NCBI GenBank assembly: GCA_016292635.1
Contig: JAEDIC010000002.1
Coordinates: 29,609-93,608 of the forward strand
Source: Clostridia bacterium
Lineage (GTDB): Bacteria; Bacillota; Clostridia; Christensenellales; CAG-138
DNA length: 64,000 bases
Direction of reading: 5' to 3'
Shown here: piece after piece, positions 46,037 to 55,320 of the stretch
Layout of the letters: each line of letters starts with the position of its first letter
Position numbering within the stretch: the stretch's first letter is position 1
The notes under the pieces: generated by a model
Databases searched by the model: none
Told to the model about the DNA's origin: nothing
The model's input: the letters and a program-made list of their open reading frames with translations, nothing else
Program-made: the position numbers and the translations under genes

Positions 46037-46191
46037 TTTATTATTCTCCTTAGTTTTGTTTTTTCCCCGCATAAACGCGGTTTGGTGAGGATGGTTTCGA
46101 ACTCACCGGGCGTAATGATAGCAGAAAAGACGAAAAAATTCAAGCTTCACAAGGTTTTTCCCACAAAAAGAGCCATCCTTGCGGGATGGCG

Positions 46192-46387
46192 CTGCCTGTC
46201 GAAAAGCCCCTTGGGGGTTCGGGGGGGCGGAGGCTTCAATCGGATTTGGCGACATGTGCGGCAAATCCGCAAAAGCCTTGCGCGGCAAGGCTTTCTTTGC
46301 ATGGCTCCCTGGCCGTGCCGCAGGCACAAGGGAGCCATGTAAACCTCGAAAAAGTGGCATGATGCCACTTTTTCGACAACCTGAGCC
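46192..46387 (+). repeat. multi-hairpin intergenic repeat, copy B (full length)
   Basis: Hairpins at 46206-46218, 46241-46269, 46273-46293, 46300-46339 and 46347-46375. Terminal inverted repeats are TGTCGAAAAG (46197-46206) and CTTTTTCGACA (46368-46378). It is flanked by a 21-bp duplication (46171-46191 and 46384-46404). Confidence 0.85.
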
Positions 46388-46427
46388 ATCCTTGTGGGAT
46401 GGCGTCCATTCGCTTATTCCGTTCTTT

Positions 46428-46631
46428 TTATGGCTGCAGAAGTTTCAGTCCCTCTTCTGAAAGGTTTTCGGGAGCCAGCGCTGTCCGCATATGCACATGG
46501 AGGCGTACGCTGTTTAAATAGGACATAGCCGCATCTTCGGCCTGCTTTGCTTCTTTCACATACAGCGCCAAGAATGCCGGCGCAGGTATAAGGCGGATCG
46601 CTATTCATACGGTAAAGTTTTTGTTTACCAT
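46428..46631 (-). pseudogene. small ORF downstream of the U32 peptidase gene with an in-frame TGA at codon 9
   Basis: AAGGAGGG, then 6 nt, then an ATG (46631). It reads MVNKNFTV-TGA-IAIRLIPAPAFLALYVKEAKQAEDAAMSYLNSVRLHVHMRTALAPENLSEEGLKLLQP-TAA. The post-stop part looks protein-like. Confidence 0.3.
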
Positions 46632-46648
46632 ATGATGCCCTCCTTATG

Positions 46649-47884
46649 CTATTCTGTTTTTTTTCTCAGTATATCCCCCGCCTTAAGGGTCACGTCGCAT
46701 CCTATATACAGCCTTTCCTTGGGATGGGGGGCGTTTTTCACGGTCTCGCCCTCCATATTGATAATGCCTGATACAACAAAGCTTCTGCCGATGTCGCCGG
46801 GGGAAAGAATATGCAGCTCCTCCCCGTCGGTAAATTTATTGCGCTGGGAAACGAGGGTCCTGCCCTCCTTTTGCTCCAGAACCACAGCGGCGATGGCTCC
46901 GTCTGAAATATAGCCTCCGCTCTTTGTTTCCTGGCCCGCAGCACCCGGCGCGCCAAGGGCAAAGCCTGTGGTGTATGGGCGATGGGAGGCAAGCTCCAGC
47001 TCATTCATGACCGGCTCCGGCACCTTGTATGGTATGCCAAGCTCTATGCTGCGTTTGCATTCATCGAGAGCCATGCGATAGGCGTTCACTACCGTTGCCA
47101 CATAGGCGATGGACTTCATCCTGCCCTCTATCTTAAGGCTCATTATGCCTGCGTCAATAACCTCGGGCAGATATTCTATAAGGCACAGATCACGGGAATT
47201 CATGATAAATGTGCCCGCCTCGTCCTGCTCCATAGTAAAGAATTCGCCATCACTGCCCTTTTCACGGAGTTCGTACTTCCAGCGGCAGGGCTGGGCGCAC
47301 TCGCCCCGGTTGGAATCCCTACCGTTTAGGTAATTGCTTAGCAAGCATCTGCCGGAGTATGATATGCACATTGCCCCGTGGACAAACATCTCAAGCTCCA
47401 CGCTGTCCGGCAGAGCCCTTCGCATTTCCTTTATCTCGCAGAGGGAAAGCTCCCGGGCCAGTATTATCCGCTTAACCCCCTGATCATGCCAAAATAGGGC
47501 GGCCTCGGAATTAAGTGTGTTTGCCTGTGTGCTAAGGTGCAGGGGCATATCCGGCACGGTTCGCCTTGCCAGGCGTATAACGCCGGGGTCGTTTACTATA
47601 AGGGCATCCGCCCCTGCCTTCTGTATCTGCTCAAACAATGCGGGCAGACCCTTAAGGTCATTGTCCCTTGCAAAGGCATTGCAGGCCACATATACCCTTC
47701 CACCATGACCATGTGCATAGTCGCAGCCCTCTTTAAGCTGTTCGGGGGTAAAGTTGTCCGCATAGTTTCTGAGGCTCATGCTCTGGGCCCCAAGGTATAC
47801 TGCGTCCGCACCGTAGTCTATGGCGGTCAGCAGCCGCTCCATATTGCCCGCCGGGGCAAGAAGTTCCGGAAGCTTTATACTCAT
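46649..47884 (-). CDS. peptidase U32 family protein
   Basis: MSIKLPELLAPAGN N-terminus and EMFVHGAMCISYSGRCLLSNYL signature. Confidence 0.9.
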   Translation of the reverse strand: MSIKLPELLAPAGNMERLLTAIDYGADAVYLGAQSMSLRNYADNFTPEQLKEGCDYAHGHGGRVYVACNAFARDNDLKGLPALFEQIQKAGADALIVNDPGVIRLARRTVPDMPLHLSTQANTLNSEAALFWHDQGVKRIILARELSLCEIKEMRRALPDSVELEMFVHGAMCISYSGRCLLSNYLNGRDSNRGECAQPCRWKYELREKGSDGEFFTMEQDEAGTFIMNSRDLCLIEYLPEVIDAGIMSLKIEGRMKSIAYVATVVNAYRMALDECKRSIELGIPYKVPEPVMNELELASHRPYTTGFALGAPGAAGQETKSGGYISDGAIAAVVLEQKEGRTLVSQRNKFTDGEELHILSPGDIGRSFVVSGIINMEGETVKNAPHPKERLYIGCDVTLKAGDILRKKTE

Positions 47885-49062
47885 CAGCTGTTCTGATACG
47901 CCTCCTTGTCCTTCAGGAAGTCGTCATAATCCTTGGAGAATACCAGCTCTGTGGAATCTCTCGACTTAAGCACGAAGTAAAGATATCCGTCCTCCATGTA
48001 TTCCTCATCGGGATACAAGGCGGCGTATATGGCATTGTTGCCGGGGTTGTCTATTGAGCCAACGGGCAGACCGTCCACATTATATGTGTTGTAGGGGGAA
48101 TCCACCGCCATCTGCTCGGAGGTGAAATCCAGTACGTTTTCGGTATTGAATATGTATTTCAGGGGGGCATCGCTCTGGAGGCGCATCCCCTGGTTCATAC
48201 GGTTGTGGAATACGGCGGAAACCTTGGCAAAGTCCGCGGTTTTGGCCTCCCTCTCTATTATGGAGGCAAGGGTCACCACATCGTCCACGGACATATTCAG
48301 TTCCTGTGCACGGGCCATATATTCGTCGTTAAATACCTCATTGAACCTTATGAGCATCTTGGCGATTATGCTCTTTGCGGAAGCGCCGACATACACCTCG
48401 TATGTATCCGGGAAGAGATACCCTTCGAGTGCATACCGCCTGTCTCCCGCATCTTCACTTTGCAGTATGGCGTTTATAAAGCTGTACTCAGCGAAGGATT
48501 CGCCGGTTTCGCAGAGAGAGAGGAATTCGTCCTTGCTTTCAAGCACCCCGAGCTCAACCAGCCTGTCCGCAATGTCCGCTATTTCCATGCCCTCGGGTAT
48601 GGTGAACTTCACTGTCTGCCTTGCGGGGTTGCCGGTGCAGATTATATCCACCATCTGGGCAATGTCCATATTGCGGCTGAGCACATATGTGCCCGCCTTA
48701 AGAGTGCTGGATTTGCCTGTAAAGTCAACATATATCTTGAATGCGGCCTTGCTCTTTATAAGGCCCACGTTGCCCTCGCCGCCCGCCTCGTAAAGAAGTT
48801 TGGCAATGGTGGAGGCGCCGCTGCCCTTTTCTATGGTAACGGTAATGGGCGTAGCGTCGGAGCTATCCACAGGGCGCACGTATTCATCCAGAGCATAGTC
48901 AATGGCCGCTCTGGCAATAAAGAAGCATATGGCTATGCTGATGCCGTAAATCAGCACAGGACGCAGCACCCGCATGAGCTTTCTGCGCCTGTATTTTTTT
49001 TGCCTTGCGGCGCTGAGCTTTTCCGCAGCCTGGTTTTCCCGGCTGTTTTCGGTGTTTTCCAT
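47884..49062 (-). CDS. mltG: endolytic transglycosylase MltG (YceG-like)
   Basis: N-terminal TM anchor plus a YceG domain (FHNRMNQGMRLQSDAPLKY, SPYNTYNVDGLPVGSIDNPG). Its stop overlaps the U32 start codon. Confidence 0.9.
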   Translation of the reverse strand: MENTENSRENQAAEKLSAARQKKYRRRKLMRVLRPVLIYGISIAICFFIARAAIDYALDEYVRPVDSSDATPITVTIEKGSGASTIAKLLYEAGGEGNVGLIKSKAAFKIYVDFTGKSSTLKAGTYVLSRNMDIAQMVDIICTGNPARQTVKFTIPEGMEIADIADRLVELGVLESKDEFLSLCETGESFAEYSFINAILQSEDAGDRRYALEGYLFPDTYEVYVGASAKSIIAKMLIRFNEVFNDEYMARAQELNMSVDDVVTLASIIEREAKTADFAKVSAVFHNRMNQGMRLQSDAPLKYIFNTENVLDFTSEQMAVDSPYNTYNVDGLPVGSIDNPGNNAIYAALYPDEEYMEDGYLYFVLKSRDSTELVFSKDYDDFLKDKEAYQNS

Positions 49063-49404
49063 TTATTCCTCCAGCATACCCAGATCCACGTCTATGGCCT
49101 CGGCAAGTATCTTGTAAATATCGCTCACCATACGGTTAAGCCTGTATTCCGCCATAAGGAAAGCAGAGGCGTCGTGATTCATCTGAAGCAGCTCGCCTAC
49201 CTTCTGAAGCCTCTGCAGGGATTCATCATCCTTGTTGCCGGTTACCATAGCGGCCTGTGCGGATATCTGCAGTTTGTGGTATTCCTTTATCAATGACGCC
49301 GTGGTCTTGTTTTCATAGGCCTTTTCCCTGGTGGTCTTAAATTCCCTGTATTCCTCGCTGTCCTTTATGAGCCTTGCCAGCTCGTTCGCCTTGTCGTATA
49401 CCAT
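49063..49404 (-). CDS. YlbF/YmcA family protein
   Basis: 113-aa helical protein, KANELARLIKDSEEYREFKTTRE..., in the UPF0342 style. Confidence 0.7.
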   Translation of the reverse strand: MVYDKANELARLIKDSEEYREFKTTREKAYENKTTASLIKEYHKLQISAQAAMVTGNKDDESLQRLQKVGELLQMNHDASAFLMAEYRLNRMVSDIYKILAEAIDVDLGMLEE

Positions 49405-49425
49405 AGCCGTGCCTCCCTGTGTATT

Positions 49426-51081
49426 TTATATTTCGATTATTATTGGCAGCACCATAGGCCTGCGCCTGGTCTGCTCGTAAAGGTAATTCTTCAGGCTGTT
49501 GCGTATGTCGTTCTTTATTGAAGACCAGTTGCTCTTGTGGTTCTTTTCAAACTGGGTCGCCTTTGAGCTTACCAGCTCACGGGCCTCCTTGAGCAGCTCC
49601 TCTGAGTTTTTCTCGTAAACAAAGCCGCGGGAAAGTATCTCGGGCGCCGCAAGCATTGCGCCGGTCTGCCGGTTCAGCGTTATAACGGCGGTGAATATGC
49701 CGTCTTCGGACAGCAGCTTCCTATCCCTCAGCACCACGTTGCCTATATCGCCTATGCCGCTGCCATCCACCATTACGCTGCCCGCTGTAACGCTGCCCGC
49801 CATGCGGCCCCTGTTTCGGGTAAGCTCAACCACATCGCCAATTTCGGTAATGAAGATATTCTCATTGGATATGCCCAGCTCCTCCGCAAGCTCCGCATGC
49901 TGATAAAGATGGCGCACCTCGCCGTGAACAGGTATGAAGAACCTGGGTTTAACAAGGGTAAGCATCAGCTTAAGCTCTTCCTTGCAGGCGTGTCCGGAAA
50001 CGTGAACATCCGCCATGTGGTCGTATATTACCCTTGCGCCATGCTGATAGAGCTGGTTTATCACCTTTGCAACGCTCTTTTCGTTGCCGGGTATGGATGA
50101 GGCGGATATTATCACCATATCTCCCTTGCCCACGTTTACCCTGTGAGAGGAGTTTGCCATGCGGAAAAGTCCGCTCATGGGCTCGCCCTGTGAGCCGGTG
50201 GTTATTACGCAGATCTGGTCGTCCCGAAGCTTTTTAAGCTGGTTTACGTCAACTATGCTCTCGTCCGGCAGCTGCAGATAGCCAAGATCCCTCGCTATCT
50301 CTGCGATCTTTACCATGCTGCGGCCCTGGAAGCATATCATCCTGCCAAAGGATATTGCCACATCCGCTATTTGCTGTATGCGGTATATATTCGAGGCAAA
50401 GGTGGCAACTATCACCCTGCCCTTGGCCTTGTCGAAATAATGTTCAAATGTTTTGCCTATGCCCCTTTCGGATGGGGTATGGCCGTCGTGTTCAACGTTT
50501 GTGCTGTCGCTCATAAGGGCCAGCACGCCACGGGAACCGTAATATGCAAGGCGGGCGATGTCGATGGGCTCTCCGTCGATGGGGGTATAGTCCACCTTAA
50601 AGTCGCCGGTGTGTATAACGGTACCAACGGGAGTATTTATAGCGAGGGCGCAGGCGCCGGCTATGGAGTGGCTGGTCTTTATGAATTCCACGCTGAAGCA
50701 TCCCAGGCGAATGGTATCCCCGGGGCTTACGCAGTTAAGGTCCGCCTTATCCACCTTTATCTCGGTGAGCTTCTGCTCAATAAGGGCGATGGTAAGCTTT
50801 GTCGCGTACAGCGGCGCGTGCAGCTTCTGCAAAGCGTAGGGCACTGCGCCTATGTGGTCCTCATGCCCGTGGGTTATGAGTATGCCGCGGATGTTCTGGG
50901 CGTTCTTTTCAAGGTAGGTCATGTCCGGGATTACAACGTCAATGCCAGGCATATCGTCATCCGGAAAAGCGAGGCCGCAGTCCACTATGATGATATCGTT
51001 GCCGTATTCTATTACGGTCATGTTCTTTCCTATTTCCCCTACGCCCCCAAGGGGGATTATTTTAAGTTTTTTAGATGCCAA
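49426..51081 (-). CDS. rnj: ribonuclease J
   Basis: LKIIPLGGVGEIGKNMTVIEY N-terminus, metallo-beta-lactamase motif THGHEDHIG, and beta-CASP plus C-terminal domains. Confidence 0.95.
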   Translation of the reverse strand: MASKKLKIIPLGGVGEIGKNMTVIEYGNDIIIVDCGLAFPDDDMPGIDVVIPDMTYLEKNAQNIRGILITHGHEDHIGAVPYALQKLHAPLYATKLTIALIEQKLTEIKVDKADLNCVSPGDTIRLGCFSVEFIKTSHSIAGACALAINTPVGTVIHTGDFKVDYTPIDGEPIDIARLAYYGSRGVLALMSDSTNVEHDGHTPSERGIGKTFEHYFDKAKGRVIVATFASNIYRIQQIADVAISFGRMICFQGRSMVKIAEIARDLGYLQLPDESIVDVNQLKKLRDDQICVITTGSQGEPMSGLFRMANSSHRVNVGKGDMVIISASSIPGNEKSVAKVINQLYQHGARVIYDHMADVHVSGHACKEELKLMLTLVKPRFFIPVHGEVRHLYQHAELAEELGISNENIFITEIGDVVELTRNRGRMAGSVTAGSVMVDGSGIGDIGNVVLRDRKLLSEDGIFTAVITLNRQTGAMLAAPEILSRGFVYEKNSEELLKEARELVSSKATQFEKNHKSNWSSIKNDIRNSLKNYLYEQTRRRPMVLPIIIEI

Positions 51082-51391
51082 ATTATGGTCTTCCTTTCTG
51101 TTTCTTTCTTTTATATGTCGTTATACCTAAAAGGCATATCAATTCCAGTATACCTTAATATTATACTATCCATACCCGTTTACCACAAGCGCACTATTTT
51201 GTAAACAATATTAGGTGAATTTGTAAACGGCGTACCCGCCAGACCATTTTGTTGTATAATGCCCATGGCACTTTTGCCATTCTTTCGCCGGATAATTTTG
51301 CCAGAGGAAAAAGCCCTGAAAAGATGTTGATACCCGGCAAACATTCAGGTATAATGTATTAGTTGTAATATGCACTTACGGAGATAATTTA

Positions 51392-52945
51392 ATGGATACA
51401 AGAAACCGCAGCCGCAGCAGCCGCCCCGTGTCCGCCGACACCTCGGCAGATATGCAGACCGGCAGCCGCAGAAGAAAAAAGAAGAATCCTTACAGGGCGC
51501 TGAACCGCAGGCTTTTTGCATTGGCGGCAATACTTATCGCGGCTCTTGCCGCAGTATTTTTTCTGCGCCTCAGATATACCCATATACCCAGCGAAAAGAA
51601 GCTCCGCTCCTACCTTGACGAAGGCACTTACCTGAGCGGCATAGTCATAAACGGCAAAAACGTATCCGGCATGACGCTGGATGAAGCCCGCAGCGCCATA
51701 TTCCCCATGCTGGAAGAGACCGCGAAGAGCGTAAACATCGGCGTATCCTGCGGCTCCAGCCTGTGGCTCTTCACAGGAGCAGATATGAAAGTATCCACCG
51801 ACCTTGAATACGTTCTTGCCGAAGCAATGCTGTTTGGCCGGGGCGACACCGCCGCCGTAAACAGCAAGGCAAAAAAAGAGCTGAAGGAAAACGGCAAAGA
51901 ATTCGCCGTTACATTATCCCCGGACGCGACCCTCCTTAAAGAGGAGATAGCCGATATTGCGGCTGCTGTGGATACGCCTGCCGTTGAGCCCTTTGCCGAG
52001 GCCAATATATGGTCCGCAACTCCCGCGTTCAACTATTACGAAGGCGTGGACGGCCACGTGCTGGACCAGGAAGCTCTGCTCACCGCCATCACCGACGCCA
52101 TGGCCGCAGGCAATTATCAGGCCCTGCTGAAGCCCGAGCTGGTTACTCAGGCTCCCTCCCATTCCATGGACTGGCTTAAGGAGAACACCAAGCTGCGCTC
52201 CACATGGCAAACCGAATTCGGCGGCAGCTCCAGCTCCCGCAACGCAAACCGCGTAGGCAATATTCAAAAGGCAGCCACCCTTCTCAACGGCTGCGTAGTA
52301 CAGGTCGGCGAAGAATTCAATTTCAACGGCTTCATCGGCCCCCGCACAGAAAGCGGCGGCTGGCCCCTTGCCCCCGGCATAGTAAACGGCAACACCTACG
52401 AAATGCAGGCAGGCGGCGGCATCTGCCAGGTTTCCACCACACTGTACAACGCTCTTCTCTGCTGCGGCAGCGAGATAGAGATAACCGAGCGTTACCATCA
52501 CTCCTGGCCCTCCAGTTACGCCGATATTGGCCTTGATTCCACCGTTACCGGCACGGTTGACAGCGGCAAAAGCCTGAACTTTATCAACAACACCGGCGCT
52601 CCCCTATATATTTTCGCTTACTGCGACCAGAGCGCCTATACCATGACCATTTACATCTACGGCGAACCCCTTCCCGAGGGCATTACCTACAAGACCCGTG
52701 GCGAAGTTACCGAAACCATCGAACCCGCCGAAACCGTAACCGAGGAAAACCCCGAATGGCCCATGGGCTATAAGGAAAACACCGTTACCTCCCGGAAAGG
52801 CTACAAGTCCGATGTATACAGGGATAAGTACATCAACGGCACGCTGGACAGCTCCGAATTCCTCTATGAGGACAGCTATCGTGCAGTACAGGGCAAGATA
52901 ACCATAGGCACAGGCGATCCCAGTCTGCCCAAACCCACTGCGTAA
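51392..52945 (+). CDS. VanW family protein (membrane-anchored)
   Basis: N-terminal basic region plus one TM helix. VanW core GGGICQVSTTLYNALL...ERYHHSWP. Confidence 0.8.
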   Translation: MDTRNRSRSSRPVSADTSADMQTGSRRRKKKNPYRALNRRLFALAAILIAALAAVFFLRLRYTHIPSEKKLRSYLDEGTYLSGIVINGKNVSGMTLDEARSAIFPMLEETAKSVNIGVSCGSSLWLFTGADMKVSTDLEYVLAEAMLFGRGDTAAVNSKAKKELKENGKEFAVTLSPDATLLKEEIADIAAAVDTPAVEPFAEANIWSATPAFNYYEGVDGHVLDQEALLTAITDAMAAGNYQALLKPELVTQAPSHSMDWLKENTKLRSTWQTEFGGSSSSRNANRVGNIQKAATLLNGCVVQVGEEFNFNGFIGPRTESGGWPLAPGIVNGNTYEMQAGGGICQVSTTLYNALLCCGSEIEITERYHHSWPSSYADIGLDSTVTGTVDSGKSLNFINNTGAPLYIFAYCDQSAYTMTIYIYGEPLPEGITYKTRGEVTETIEPAETVTEENPEWPMGYKENTVTSRKGYKSDVYRDKYINGTLDSSEFLYEDSYRAVQGKITIGTGDPSLPKPTA

Positions 52946-52966
52946 AATAACAATAATAAGTACGTT

Positions 52967-52994
52967 AAAATGCCGCCTTGCAGGCGGCATTTTT
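52967..52994. terminator. bidirectional Rho-independent terminator
   Basis: AAAA-TGCCGCCT-TGC-AGGCGGCA-TTTT between convergent genes. Confidence 0.75.
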
Positions 52995-53001
52995 ATTATG
53001 C

Positions 53002-53370
53002 TTATTTCTTCTTCCCCTTGCGCAGGGCAAATTCGTGCGCCATATCCATCCAGCTCAGCAGCTCCGCATCTATCTCGTGAGTATCCTTAACGATAACATG
53101 GTGCGTCCACCTGCCGGGATACGGCTCAGTGGCAACATATATCCTGTCGCCGTCCAACCTGAATGGCAATCCAAATGTGACCAATAGTCCCTTTCCCTTG
53201 CGAGGCAGGGAGGCGCAGCCAAAACAAAAGCCATCGTAAAATGATATCTGGGTTTTCTGAGTTTTAACGGTCATATCGGGATAAGTGTTCAGCAGCCTTT
53301 GTTCCAGGGCGGAATATATGGGCAGGCTGTCCGGCATTTTATCAAAAAACAGCAGAGCTTCGCCTGTCAT
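53002..53370 (-). CDS. hypothetical protein (DUF5655/YdhG-like), translationally coupled to the methyltransferase
   Basis: 122 aa. The start is 1 nt after the MTase stop (TGA-T-ATG). The family assignment is from memory only. Confidence 0.4.
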   Translation of the reverse strand: MTGEALLFFDKMPDSLPIYSALEQRLLNTYPDMTVKTQKTQISFYDGFCFGCASLPRKGKGLLVTFGLPFRLDGDRIYVATEPYPGRWTHHVIVKDTHEIDAELLSWMDMAHEFALRKGKKK

Positions 53371-53371
53371 A

Positions 53372-54544
53372 TCAGTAATCCCAAATGGATATATTTCCGT
53401 AAAGATCGGATACGAGCAAGGTTAGCCCTCCGCCCTTTACCGAAAGCTTTTTCCCCGGAGCAGGGACGGTATCATAGGAATCCGCCACGAATATATCCCC
53501 CTCAATATGACCCGCAGCCAGATAGGACAATGCTTCATTCGGGCATACCACAAAGCCGTCCTTGCTGCGCTCCACGGTAATATCCGGCTTTTTGCCCCAA
53601 TCCGGCTGGGATATGTATTCTATCTCCATATGGTAATCCTCGGAAAACATGGAGGTATCACTGTGGCATTCCAGCAGGCGTTTTCTCAATGTCATCAGCG
53701 CCGCCTGGGAAGCATCCGCCGCTATCCACCTGCGGCCCAGCATTGCCGCTGCGGCAGCCGTGGTTCCGCTGCCGGAAAACAGGTCCGCAACGATATCTCC
53801 CTCGGCGGAGGATGCCAGTATTATCCTTTTCAGCAGTGCCTCGGGCTTTTGGGTGCTGTATCCCGTGCGCTCGGGGTCCCGCTGATGAAGATGCTCTATA
53901 TCCGTCCACACGTCGCTTGGGAACACAAGCGAGTCCTCATAGTATTTATACACCTTGCCGCCGGAGCGAACGGAATAATACACCCGCCCCTGCTCATCCA
54001 CCTGCCGCTTCATGTGGTTACGGCGCTCAGGTCCACGGGGAATGCCCACAGATACCATGTCAAAGTAGTTGCTTGCCCCCTTGCGGTATACAAGGATATT
54101 GTCATGCTTTCTTGAAAAATGCTTTGTGGCCCGTCCGCCGGATTTATACGCCCATATTATTTCGTTTACAAAGTTCTTTTTGCCGAATATATCGTCCAGC
54201 ATAAGCTTAAGATATGCCGCCATTCTGTAATCCACATGAAGATACAGCGTGCCGTCGCCGGCAAGAAGCTCTTTGCTCAGGGACAACACATTTCCCATCA
54301 TTTCCATATATCTATCATGGGAAAGGTTATCCGCATAGGCAGGCACTTTAATGCTATTTCCCTTTGTGCCTGTCTTTATGGCAAACGTATCACCCGTTCC
54401 AAATGGCGGGTCAAGGTATATGAGCCTTACTTTGCCGCTGTGGGTCTGAAGCAGCTTTTGTGCTGCCTCCTCCGCCCTGCCCAGCAGGAACAGGCCCGGA
54501 CCTCCTGCGGAATATACTTCGCCTTTGCATTCAATACGAGCCAT
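53372..54544 (-). CDS. site-specific DNA methyltransferase (N6-adenine/N4-cytosine, beta class), no cognate endonuclease nearby
   Basis: Motif IV IYLDPPFGTG precedes motif I VADLFSGSGTTAAAA (beta permutation). There is an extra ~100-aa C-terminal domain. Confidence 0.85.
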   Translation of the reverse strand: MARIECKGEVYSAGGPGLFLLGRAEEAAQKLLQTHSGKVRLIYLDPPFGTGDTFAIKTGTKGNSIKVPAYADNLSHDRYMEMMGNVLSLSKELLAGDGTLYLHVDYRMAAYLKLMLDDIFGKKNFVNEIIWAYKSGGRATKHFSRKHDNILVYRKGASNYFDMVSVGIPRGPERRNHMKRQVDEQGRVYYSVRSGGKVYKYYEDSLVFPSDVWTDIEHLHQRDPERTGYSTQKPEALLKRIILASSAEGDIVADLFSGSGTTAAAAAMLGRRWIAADASQAALMTLRKRLLECHSDTSMFSEDYHMEIEYISQPDWGKKPDITVERSKDGFVVCPNEALSYLAAGHIEGDIFVADSYDTVPAPGKKLSVKGGGLTLLVSDLYGNISIWDY

Positions 54545-54611
54545 GCTTCCTCCTCATAAGGTAATATCGCCATACAAAAAAAGGGGATGCGTGGCATCTC
54601 CCTGTATAATA

Positions 54612-55253
54612 CTACATAGTGGCGCTGTGGGCATTCTTTACGTGCTTTTCCATTGCATCCTTCGCAGCTTCAGGGTCTCCCGCCTCTATGGCGGCGAATA
54701 CAGCCCTGTGTTCTTTTAATGAATCATTGGGCCGGCTGGGTATGGTAAGGCTGCTGGTACGTGCCCTGCGGGTATTCTGGTGCAGCGATGCCAGAATATG
54801 ACTGAGCATTCTGCTGGCGCAAGCCCTGTAAATAAGTTCGTGAAACTCGTTATCCAGCCTGGAAAGCTGCGCCGCGCCGCCCCTGCCGGTATAAAAGTCC
54901 ATAAGGTCCACCTTTTCAGCAAGGGCATCAAGCTGTTCCTGCGTTCTGCGCTGTGCTGCCCAGTATGCCGCAAGACCTTCCAGCATTTGGCGAATAATGT
55001 AAATATCGTCAATGTCGTTTTCGGATATCGCCTGCACCACCACGCCCCTGTTGGGCATGGAAAGCACAAGTCCCTCCAGCTCAAGCTGCTTAAGCGCTTC
55101 TCTTATGGGCGTACGGCTCACCTGCAGCTTCTCTGCGAGGCGGGTCTCCACAAGATAATCTCCGTCCTTGTAGCTGCCGTCCAGTATACCGTTTCTAATA
55201 TGGTCATATACCTTTGATGTAAGTGACTGCTTATCGCCCGCTTCAAAAAACAC
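54612..55253 (-). CDS. GntR family transcriptional regulator (FCD domain)
   Basis: HTH LVETRLAEKLQVSRTPIREALKQLELEGLV. A GTG start at 55253 lies 9 nt after AGGAGG. Confidence 0.85.
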   Translation of the reverse strand: MFFEAGDKQSLTSKVYDHIRNGILDGSYKDGDYLVETRLAEKLQVSRTPIREALKQLELEGLVLSMPNRGVVVQAISENDIDDIYIIRQMLEGLAAYWAAQRRTQEQLDALAEKVDLMDFYTGRGGAAQLSRLDNEFHELIYRACASRMLSHILASLHQNTRRARTSSLTIPSRPNDSLKEHRAVFAAIEAGDPEAAKDAMEKHVKNAHSATM

Positions 55254-55294
55254 GTTGCTTTTCCTCCTGTTACAAGTACTTCGCCTTGCTATGT

Positions 55295-55320
55295 ATAATT
55301 GTATACTAAAATACAATTAT
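55295..55320. promoter_or_regulatory. candidate GntR operator: perfect 10-bp inverted repeat ATAATTGTAT-n6-ATACAATTAT
   Basis: Read directly in the divergent GntR/VanW intergenic region. A second TGTATACA palindrome lies at 55344-55351. Confidence 0.45.

Noticed and set aside
46085-46115. GGTGAGTTCGAAACCATCCTCACC (minus strand) resembles a tRNA T-arm (GTTCGAA).
   Set aside because: The stem/loop geometry is wrong (14-nt loop). No acceptor, D or anticodon arms can be built around it. No tRNA is present.
53372-54544. Methyltransferase as part of a restriction-modification or other defence system.
   Set aside because: No endonuclease, specificity, helicase or ATPase gene is adjacent. The neighbours are housekeeping-type. 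It is reported as an orphan MTase instead.
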